The translations under genes and the position numbers were made by a program. A stretch of DNA of 64,000 bases from Octopus sinensis (taxonomy: Eukaryota), in assembly GCF_006345805.1 (NCBI RefSeq), contig NC_042997.1:209684001-209748000 (forward strand), in the 5' to 3' direction. The notes under the pieces are model-generated. The model was not told where the DNA came from. It ran no database searches and saw only the letters and a list, made by a program, of their open reading frames with translations. Shown here piece by piece: positions 13,934 through 23,871 of the stretch (position 1 is its first letter; every line of letters begins with the position of its first letter).

Positions 13934-14342
13934 TCTCAATATATATAAACGGCAAAATGTCTGTGTGTGTGTGTGTCCTTTATACAAATCCACAATTTTT
14001 CAGTTAGAGGGCTCGCACTTTCTATGGTCATTCAAAACCATCCAAGGGTGGTCGTGCACATCTTTACATTTCCCCAGTCACCCCACAAAGCCATTAAAAA
14101 ATCAATAGAAGTGATCATCATCATCATCATCATACGTCCGTTTTCCGCGCTAGCACGTTTTTGTGAATTTTCTATCCAAAACCCAATCAAAATTCCCGAA
14201 ACTTGATATGCCAATTGAATGCCAGCTAGCTGTATGTGATTGGTCAGAGATTTGGACAGTATTCGCGTGTATGTGCGCACGCACGCAGCTGTATATGCAT
14301 GCACTAGCACTATGACCCGGTGTCGCCGGGTCATAGTATTAG
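13934..14342 (+). mobile_element. Short non-autonomous Helitron (third type)
   Basis: Starts TCTCAATATATATAAA; perfect 12-bp hairpin ACTATGACCCGG-TGTCG-CCGGGTCATAGT at 14309-14337, followed by TTAG|T; interrupts an RTE tail. Confidence 0.65.
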
Positions 14343-16799
14343 TGGGTATTAAATGGGGATGATGATGATGATAACAACTTCTCCTTTCAGACAATGTGTG
14401 TTCATGTCACACTTGATTTATTGAAATAAGGGGGGAAAACACAACAGCAATGGCATACTCACTCTTGATTCTGCTAGAATGTATTCAGAATAATTATGGA
14501 TGTCATCATTTTGATTTTCACTGTTCCCCCATGTACATTATTTATTATCAGTTTGGCAGACATTTGCATGCATCAGTCAATAATTCATTTGTTGAATTCT
14601 GTAAACAAGAGCTAGAATTTTTGTTTAGATTCATTGATTTGAGGGTACCATTGGCTGAAGGACTGCAATGTCTCAAAGCCCCTTTACTTCAATGAATTGT
14701 GTTACAGACACATTGTCTGAAAGAAAAATATCGTCTTCCAATGATAAAATACAACAGCAATTAGCATATCCACCATTTGAATTAATAAAAGAATTCATTA
14801 ACGATGAATATATTTGTCATTGTTTTAATTTTCACTGTTCCTTACACACATGGTGGTTTATTATTTTGGAGATGTGCTGTGCTTGAGAAGACCCAGCAAG
14901 CCAAGTGAGACCGTAACCGTGGCCTATGCCAGTGTAGCATAAGCGGCTCATTTAAGAGCACCCTTCAATCATTGGGCAATAAACTGTGCTTGCGAAGACC
15001 TATTGAGGCAAGTGAAGTCGTGGTCATGACCAATGACAGTACCGCCTGATCAGTACTCGTTCCTATGGCATGTAAGAAGCACCATTTGAGCGTGGTTAAC
15101 GGCAGTGCCGGTTGACTGGCCCTCATGCCGGTGGCACGTAAAAAGCACCCACTACACTCTCAGGGTGGTTGGCATTAGGAAAGGCATCCAGCTGTAGAAA
15201 CATTGCCAGATTGGATTGGAGCCTGGTGCAGCCTTCTGGCTCACCAGACCCCAGTCAAACCATCCAACCCATGCCAGCATGGAAAGCGGACATTAAACGA
15301 TGATGACAATGATGATGATGATGATTGGAATGTTCTACTAATATTTCTTATGCTGGAATCAAAGATAGAAAGCTGGTAGAAATGTTAGCCAAGGTAGACT
15401 TTACCTTTCATCCTTTTGGGATTGATGAAACAAGTACCCATTGAATAGTGGGGGGGGTCGATGTAATTGCCTTAAACCCCCCCCCCACCTCATGAAAAAT
15501 TGCTGGCCTTGTCTCAAAATTTGAAATCCATATTTCTTCTGATGGAATCAACGGACAAACTAAACATGAGGAACGCAGACCTGGCTGTGTGGTCAAGGAG
15601 ATTGCTTTGCAACCGTGTGGTTTCAGGTTCAGTCTCACCACACAGCATCTTGGGAAAGTGCCTTCCGCTATAGGTCTGGGGATGACCAATGCTTCGTGAG
15701 TGAATTTGGGGCACACAAACTGTATGGAAGCCCGTTGTGTATATATGTGTGTGTGTGTGTGTGTCTTTGTATCTGTGTTTGATCTCCCACTACTTGACAA
15801 CCAGTACTGGTTTGTTTGCATCCACTGCTACTTAGCAGTTCAGCAAAAGACACCAAGAGAATATGTATCAGACTTTATTCTTTTATTCTTTTACTTGTTT
15901 CAGTCATTTGACTGCAGCCATGCTGGAGCACTGCCTTTACTTGAACCATTCAACACCAGCACTTATTCTTTGTAAGCCTAGTATGTATTCTATTGGTCCC
16001 TTTTGCTGAACTGCTAAGTTACAAGGGACATAAACACACCAACATCGGTTGTCAAGGGATGGTAGGGAGTTACACACACACACACACACACACACAACAC
16101 ATATAATGGGCTTCTTTCAGTTTCCATCTACCAAATCCACTCACAAGGCTTTGGTCAGCCCAAGGCTGTAGCAGAAGACACTTGCTCAAGGTGCAACGCA
16201 GTGGGACTGAACCTGGAACCATGTGGTTGGGAAGCAAACTTCAAAAGAAAAAAATTTTTAAATGAGCACTGGGGTCGATTTATTTGACCCAAATCTTTGA
16301 AGGTGGTGCTCCAGCATGACCACAGTCCAATGACTGAAGTAAATGGTAAAATAACAGGATTCATCACAGAGCAGTTCCTTCTGCAATGACGTAATCCTTT
16401 CTTTTAGCAACAACACCATGTTGTGTTGGAATGTAATAAACTGATGACATGTCTGAGCAGCTGCTGATCATAGAATATTTTCTACATATTTGTGACATGA
16501 CCAACATCTTTGGGGTCATATTTTCTGGGTTTAAAGGCTTTGCTCTGTCTTTTGTTGAAAAGTTATTTAAACCTGTCACAATCAAAATTTCTTACGTGGC
16601 CGATGACAGTACCGCCTAGTTTTTATATTTTCCAGTGGTGTTCTCTGTCTATTATTTTAACTTCATCCCACAGAGGAAGGTGGTCTCTATTTTTCCATAC
16701 ATTGTATGGTAGGTGTCAGAGGCTGACCCTGACCCATTTGAACATGTTCTAGTGGAATATCTGGGCCTAATATGGCTGGTTTGAATGCTAAATGATCAA

Positions 16800-17100
16800 T
16801 ATTGGTCTCTCACTTTTGAGTACCTGGTCAATGCATTTGGTTTTCTGCTGGCTTTAACAAATGCTCTCTAAGTGATGCTATACAAAGCTCTAAAGCTGTT
16901 AGGATTAACTTAAGCTTCTTTCCTTGTCATTTCGTAGAAGATAAAGCCTGTTGCTATCCTTATTTCCATGGAAATTTCTAGTAGATATCAGGATCTTTTA
17001 ATATAAATATAGAATATTCCCTCAGTGATCCAGCCATTTATCCCAAAGGTTGGCACCACAACTGCTGCAGTAAATGTGTTTTCTGTGATATTTTCTGGTT
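16800..17100 (-). mobile_element. Decayed R4-like RT C-terminal fragment
   Basis: Frameshifted pieces NTFTAAVVVPTFGINGW and RNFHGNKDSNRLYLLRNDKERSL resemble the INxFAVPV..FGI..W and FHPxSDVDRLYLxRxxGGRGL motifs. Confidence 0.5.
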
Positions 17101-17607
17101 GTAAGAAGAATACTTTTTTTTTAAAGTCACATCTAACTACTCTTCTTACATTTATTTACCTGCGTTCTCTATTCTCCAATCTCCATTCACTTTTACTCCC
17201 CTTGTACCTGAAGGGTCCACTTGGCACCCTACCCTGTAACCACTATTTTTGATCTCTTTTTCCTATCTCCACCCTGGTCGCTCCCACCCTTTCTTTTACA
17301 TTGTGAGTAGCCATGTAACTGCTCTACATCAAGACCCTTTTTCTGTTCTGGCCCCTTCTCTTATATCTTAGCCCCTCACCTCCTAGCATGAAGCAGCCTT
17401 CCTATCTACTGGATCACTGTGGATCCAGTAGACAGAGAATGTTTGAATCCACCACTGTGGATCCAGTACATTGACCACACTGGTCACTGGGGATCTTACT
17501 TTTGCAGTCTTCGTGGCAACCTCACTAGTGCTGGTGCTATGAAAAAACAAAAAGCCCCAGTACACTCTGCAAAGAGCTTGGTGTTAAGAAGATCAGTGCA
17601 GTGTTTG

Positions 17608-17911
17608 TTGTTTGTTCCTTGTCGAGCTACGCCTGGCTCACAAGGGCTGGTTTCCCGGTTTCCTTGGCGTATAGGTTCCCCACCTCGATGGGACGCCGGT
17701 CCATCGCAGGTGAGCTGCGAGATGCAGGAGGAAAGAGTGAGAGAAAGTTGTGGCGAAAGAGTCAGCAGAAATCGCCATTACCTTCTGCCGGAGCCGCATG
17801 GAGCTTAGGTATTTCGCTCATAAACACACACACATCGCCTGGTCTGAGATTCGAACCTATGATCCCTTGACCACAAGTCCGCTGCTCTAACCACTAGACC
17901 ATGTGCCTCCG
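17608..17911 (-). mobile_element. tRNA-derived SINE (head D, tail type 3)
   Basis: Same head in reverse orientation; distinct tail containing CCTGCGATGGACCGGCGTCCC; near-perfect flanking repeat GTGC(A/C)GTGTTTG. Confidence 0.8.
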
Positions 17912-18747
17912 GTGCCGTGTTTGAACTTCTCAAATCCTGTTGAACCATCCAACCCATTCCAACATGGAAGGAACTGGATGTTAAATGGTAATGAAGGAAT
18001 GGCCTAATGCTTTTTTTGTAATTGAATCCTATAATCACAAAATTTGTAAAGTGTCTGAATCCACCACACCACACTACACCACACCCCTGTCCTATCTCTA
18101 CTAAATCTAAACAGCTTCTGTAAAAGTTTATACAAATACCAGTGCTTAACCAGGCAACGGGTCTTTAGTTTTTCTGCCAAATTCAATTTAATGTTTTCAT
18201 TCTTGGCTATCAAACTTGTCTTTGCTTGTTGCAAGCCAATTTAGTAGGTCAGCTTGACCTTCCATCATCGTCATCATCATCATCATTTAACGTCCATTTT
18301 CTATGCTAGCATGGGTTAGATGGTTTGACTGAGGACTGGCAAACCAAAAGGCCACACCAACCTCCAATCTGATCTGGCAATGTTTCTACAGCTGGATGCC
18401 CTTCCTAACGCCAACCACTCCAAGAGTGTAGTGGCTGCTTTTTATGTGCCACCAGCACAGGAGCCTGTCAGGTGGCACTGGCATTGGCCACGTTTGGATG
18501 GTGCTTTTTATATGCTGCAGGCACAGGAGCCAGTTGGGTTGCAAATTTTTGCCACAAGGGTAGCTTGTGGGAGGGGACTACATTGACCCCAATGCATAAC
18601 TGGTATTTATTTAATCGACCCCAAAAGGACAAAAGCCAAAGTCAACCTTGATGGAATTTGAACTCAGAACAAAAAGACGGAGAAAATGCTGCTAGGCATT
18701 TTGCCCAGCATGCTAACGGTTCTGCCAGCTCCACTGCCTTAATAAGA

Positions 18748-18918
18748 ACTATAATAATAATAATAATTATTATTATTATTATCATTATTATTATTATTAT
18801 TATTACAGTAATAATAATAATAACAATGGTAACAATAGTCATTGTTTGTGAAAGTATTCACCACTTCATGCCGTGACATGAAGTGTTATGGGAGGGGAGT
18901 TATATAATGTATATACAA

Positions 18919-18951
<33 letters not shown>

Positions 18952-19072
18952 CATGTATATATATGTGTGTGTGTGTATATATATATATGTATATACATTT
19001 ATATATATACATTTATATATATATATATACACACATGCATATACATATATATACACACACACACATTTATTA

Positions 19073-19135
<63 letters not shown>
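18748..19135. repeat. (TAA)n and (TA)/(CA) compound microsatellites
   Basis: Direct inspection. Confidence 0.9.
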
Positions 19136-19138
<3 letters not shown>

Positions 19139-19687
19139 CTGTTGAGCTATGTGTCTCATTCTTCTGCTTGCATCACATGCTGTTGCTAGGTGAGGATGGA
19201 GAGCAGGTGGGTGTAGGCGGGGGGGGCAGCTTGAACATCAGACAAAGGCATGTTACATATGTGACTTCTCACTTACTTGACAGTCTTACTTTTATTAGCC
19301 CCCCCCCACCGCTCCCGGGGGGGGAGGGGGGGTTCTGTTCAGGTGGGTGTTGGTGGGGGTGGTGGAATACCCTGAGGGTTGGGATTGCGTGGATGAATTT
19401 AGTCATGGGTTTCTGTGGCTGTGTGGGTTAAGAAGCTTGCTTCTGAGCCACATGGTTCTGGGTTCAATCTTACTGTGCGGCACCTTGGGTTAGTGACTTC
19501 TACTGTAACCCTGGGCTGACCAAAGCTTTATGAGTGGTTTGGTGCCTTGTAGTGCTCAGTCTCCAAACCTCCAGCAGATAACATCATCAGCGTAGTCATC
19601 CCTCGACATGGTTCAGTAATCACAGTATGGTTGGTTTCCACACCCAACCCTGCTTCTTGAGTTGGTCATTTTATTCATCCTTTCAAT

Positions 19688-20484
19688 CAGGGCTGGATTA
19701 AGTCCCATTGAGGCCCTAAGCACTTAAAAGATTTTGGTGTCCCCATAAAAGATTATGTAATTCAAAATATAAACAATAACAAACCATAGAATAAATTTGT
19801 ATTTCTCAAAACGAAACAAAACAGTAAGAGGGAAACTAATGTTTATTTTTGTCTACTTCCACTTTATTTAGATAGGCACAGGAGTGGCTGTGTGGTAAGT
19901 AGCTTGCTTAACAACCACATGGTTCCGGGTTCAGTTCCACTGCGTGGCATCTTGTGAAAGTGTCTTCTGCTATAGCCTCGGGCCGACCAATGCCTTGTGA
20001 GTAGATTTGGTAGACGGAAACTGAAAGAAGCCTGTCGTATATATGTATATATATATGTATGTGTGTGTATGTTTGTGTGTCTGTGTTTGTCCCCCTAGCA
20101 TTGCTTGACAACCGATGCTGGTGTGTTTACGTCCCCGTAACTTAGCGGTTCGGCAAAAGAGACCGATAGAATAAGTACTGGGCTTACAAAGAATAAGTCC
20201 CAGGGTCGATTTGCTTGACTAAAGGCGGTGCTCCAGCATGGCCGCAGTCAAATGACTGAAACAAGTAAAAGAGTAAAAGAGTAAACGTTTCCTCCTACTT
20301 TTTTGAATTGCAAAGTCTTTGATCAGATCCTCAAAAATAATCTTCAGGCACTCTGAATATTATTTTAGCAAGTTTAAAGTGATTTCTTTTGTGCCATAAA
20401 CCAATTACCATATCTGTGGTGCCTCTTCCTTCCCTTCACACCCTAAACACATGCTTATTTTGCTTAATGGTTAATCCAGTGCTG
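19688..20484. mobile_element. hAT-type non-autonomous element carrying a nested SINE B
   Basis: TIRs CAGGGCTGGATTAA / TTAATCCAGTGCTG; 8-bp TSD CTTTCAAT at 19680-87 and 20485-92. Confidence 0.85.
19873..20285 (+). mobile_element. tRNA-derived SINE family B (CORE-like, octopus OR-type), full length
   Basis: GGCTGTGTGGTAAG...GGGTTCAGTTCC head, (TA)/(TG) linker, tail ending CAAGTAAAAGAGTAAAAGAG. More than 15 partial or complete copies in the window, e.g. 12130-12478, 59810-60220. Confidence 0.8.
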
Positions 20485-20851
20485 CTTTCAATCACTGAAT
20501 ACAAAAACATAACTCATGAGGCCCCTATTCAGGTAATTTTCCCCCGAGTCACCCTCTCACCCTTGTAACTTGCTTTCATTGTTAATCTTTCTGCATTTAA
20601 GGTAGCCATCTCCCTTTCTTACCTTTTTGTTTCTTACATAATATTCTATGACTGTTGACCTTCTTGAGCTCTTCTGCCCTTTGTCAAGTCTTGCTTCTTT
20701 TGTCCTACAGGGTCTCTATTAATGGCCCTCCTTAACGAGCAAGCTTGCTGGAGTTTCCTGTTCAGTCACCGACAGCCTGATCATGTGACAAGTTGTACTG
20801 GTTTATATGTTAGCAGGAGCACATAAGAACGACTTGACATAGCATATATAT

Positions 20852-20914
<63 letters not shown>

Positions 20915-20941
20915 TTTATTTTAAGCAGCAGAAAATTCAAC

Positions 20942-20989
20942 AAAATCTGTTACTCTGAGTTTCTCGTTGCCGTTCATCAGACAGTTTTT
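20942..20989 (-). ncRNA. Minimal type I hammerhead ribozyme motif (HHR-1)
   Basis: Minus strand reads AAAAACUGU-CUGAUGA-ACG(GCAA)CGA-GAAA-CUCAGAG-UA|ACAGAUUUU. The core is intact, with one mismatch in stem I and an A.A mismatch at the base of stem II. Confidence 0.7.
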
Positions 20990-21873
20990 GCTAGAATGGA
21001 ACCGATATATCAATTCAATCTATACTCTTACAAACGCTACACCTTTATACACACACACACACATATATATATATACATATATATATATACATACATATGT
21101 ATATATACATATATATATACACATATATATATGTATATATACATATATATATGTATATATACATATATATAGTCTAGATTAGGTGGTGCAACAACTGCAT
21201 AAACAGACAGAATTTGTGTGTGTGTTGTTCTAATTTGTCTTGGTGAGTTTGGATAGTAATTAAGCAGCATGACACATGTGGTGGTGGTGGTGGTGGTTGT
21301 AGTATAGGTGGTAGGGATGCTACTAGTGTTAATAGTAGCATGATAGTGCTGTGGCAGAGCAGTCATTGTCTTTCACCGACACCTCCACAACTGCCTCACA
21401 CCTCATAAAAAAACAAAAAAAAAAAACAAAGATTATCTCATACCCAGATATCATCAAACTTACATCTCCCTTCAGCCCCCACCCACAGCAACAACAGCAA
21501 CAGCAACGCCGAACCCATTTTAATTAGCAAGGTATGAACTAGGTGTCATACACTCCACTGGCTTTTTTCTTACTCCCAACACCCAAAGACATTAGATGTA
21601 ATCAGCCACCCCACTCAGACAACATATGCATAACTTCCCATCAAAGCAAAGATAAAAATATTAGAAAGACACACAGGAGTGTCTGGGTGGTAAGAAGCTT
21701 GCTTACCAACCACATGGTTCCGGGTTCAGTCCCACTGCGTGGCACCTTGGGCAAATGTCTTCTACTATAGCCTCAGGCCGACCAAAGCCTTGTGAGTGGA
21801 TTTGATTGATGGATGGAAACTGAAAGAAGCCCTTTGTGTATATACTTTATTAAAAAGCAGCAAAAATATCACG

Positions 21874-21919
21874 AAAACTGTTACTCAGAGTTTCACGTTC
21901 CTGTTCATTGGACAGTTTT
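21874..21919 (-). ncRNA. Minimal type I hammerhead motif (HHR-2), same family as HHR-1, core mutated
   Basis: Minus strand reads AAAACUGU-CCAAUGA-ACA(GGAA)CGU-GAAA-CUCUGAG-UA|ACAGUUUU. Stem I is a perfect 8 bp, but the core is CCAAUGA instead of CUGAUGA. Confidence 0.62.
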
Positions 21920-21931
21920 GTTATATATATA

Positions 21932-22159
21932 AATTTCTTTACTACCCACAAGGGGCTAAACACAGAGGGGACGAACAAAGACAGACGAATGGATTAAGTC
22001 GATTACATCGACTCCAGTGCGTAACTGGTACTTTATTTATCGACCCCGAAAGGATGAAAGGCAAAGTCGACCTCAGTGGAATTTGAACTCAGAACGTAAC
22101 GGCAGACGAAATACAGCTACGCGTTTCGCCCGGTGTGCTAACGTTTCTGCCAGCTCACC
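21932..22159 (-). mobile_element. SINE family A insertion with 17-bp TSD
   Basis: GTTTTGTTATATATATA at 21915-21931 and 22160-22176; the left copy overlaps the 5' edge of HHR-2. Confidence 0.85.
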
Positions 22160-22383
22160 GTTTTGTTATATATATAGGCACAGGTATGGCTGTGTGGTAA
22201 GAAGCTTGCTTCCCAACCACATGGTTCTGGGTTCAGTCCCACTGCGCGGTACCTAGGGCAGCTGTCTTCTACTGTAGCCTCGGGCTAACCAAAGCCTTGT
22301 GAGTGGATTTGGTAGATGGAAACTGAAAGAAGCCCATCCTATATATATATATATATATATATATTTATTTATTATATAGAAGG

Positions 22384-22434
22384 AGCTTCTACAGGACTAG
22401 TACTGTTTCATTCAAGAGAAATCTTCAGGAAGCT
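22384..22434 (-). ncRNA. Type I hammerhead ribozyme motif (HHR-3), core intact
   Basis: Minus strand reads AGCUUC-CUGAAGA-UUUC(UCUU)GAAU-GAAA-CAG(UACUAGUC)CUG-UA|GAAGCU. It has a 6-bp stem I, CUGANGA and GAAA cores, a 4-bp stem III and a GUA cleavage triplet between 22390 and 22389. Confidence 0.72.
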
Positions 22435-22507
22435 GAATTAATTTTACTCTGCTATGTATTGAGTACCTTAGTTACTGTGGTTAACCCCGGATCAACCCGG
22501 GACCTAC

Positions 22508-22542
<35 letters not shown>

Positions 22543-22619
22543 TACACATATATATGTATGTATATGCTGTCTGCAAACACTGTTGTTGAATACACACTAC
22601 CATTAATAAGTGCAGAGAA

Positions 22620-22815
22620 ACAACAGTAGTCATACTCTGACCAAGTCTACCTTTCTTACCTCCGCTGTGACCACTGCTGCTCATACCTGTAGAACTACAG
22701 GAATAAACTGGACAGCAGCGGAGAGAGTGCCATGTGTCCAGATTGTTACACAGCACTCCATAAGATGGATCTCTACCTGTTGGAATGTACCAAGATATGT
22801 AGACACCTTGTATAA
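22620..22815 (+). mobile_element. Possible decayed LINE C-terminal CCHC knuckle (I/Ingi-like)
   Basis: LSYLRCDHCCSYL*NYRNKLD...MCPDCYTALHKMDLYLLEC resembles the LxQLRxGH...CPxC...H...C pattern. Confidence 0.4.
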
Positions 22816-23871
22816 CAGGTAGCTGCAGTGAGCTGAATATGTGCGAACCATGGGACCACTTGATTTGAGCTGATCAAGGGGCTAAACAGTGACCTTCTCT
22901 AATATACCCTCTTCCCACCCTCCACCATCATCATCCTCATTACATTTCCATTTCCATGCTCACACGAGTCAGACAGATTTTCTACAACCTGGGATTTTTC
23001 CTGCCATCAATCTTTACCTGTTTTCAAATAAGGTAACTTTTTTTTCTCCATGGTTGGACATGGCTCCAGGGAAAATCAGAAATGAAGAACACAAAAAGCA
23101 CCCGTGCTGATGCATTGCAAAAAGTGTGCCTTTGCTGGTGTCACGTAAAAGGCACCCTGTACACTCTGTAAAGTGGTTGGTGTTAGGAAGGACATCCAGC
23201 CATAGAGACCATGTCAAAAGAGACAATGGAGGCCAGTGTGATTCCCAGTCTTAGCAGCTCCTGTCAAACTGTCCGACTCATGCCAGCATGGAAAATGGAC
23301 ATCAAATGATGGTCATTGCTTGTGTGGTGGTGTCATTCATTTACAACAGACACACAAGGCCAAAACATGGAAACCCTAACTCTGTCTGTCTATCTCTCTC
23401 TCTGTCTGTCTCTGACTCTATCCTTCTCTCTGACTATTTCTCTCTCTGACTATCTCTCTCTCTCTGTCTATCTCTCTCTGTGTCTCTGTCTGTCTCTCTG
23501 TCTCACACACGACAGGCTTCTTTCAGTTTCTGTCAACCAAATCCACTCACAAGGCTTTGGTTGACTATAGCAGAAGACCTCCGAGTGCCATACAGTGGGG
23601 ATGAATGCAAAGCTGTAAGTTTGTTAAGCAAACTTCTTAACCATACAACCAGACCTGCCCCATCACTGCTAAAATGGGTTGCTTTGGTTTGCAAAATGAA
23701 ATCCCTAACCTATAACTGGATAGTAATGTGATATATTTTATATTAAATCACAACTGGCGACCTCTGCTAGGTATCGAACTTCTGACCAATTCTACTGAAT
23801 GTTTACTCCTTAACCATTGCATGATATATGAAATTCTAATCAGTTTTTCTCTTTCCATTTTTTTCTCACAG

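Noticed and set aside
18642-19431. Poly-Ile and YI/HT-repeat ORFs
   Set aside because: TAA and TA/CA microsatellite artefacts; the same applies to the poly-N/Y/L ORFs at 27519-27810.
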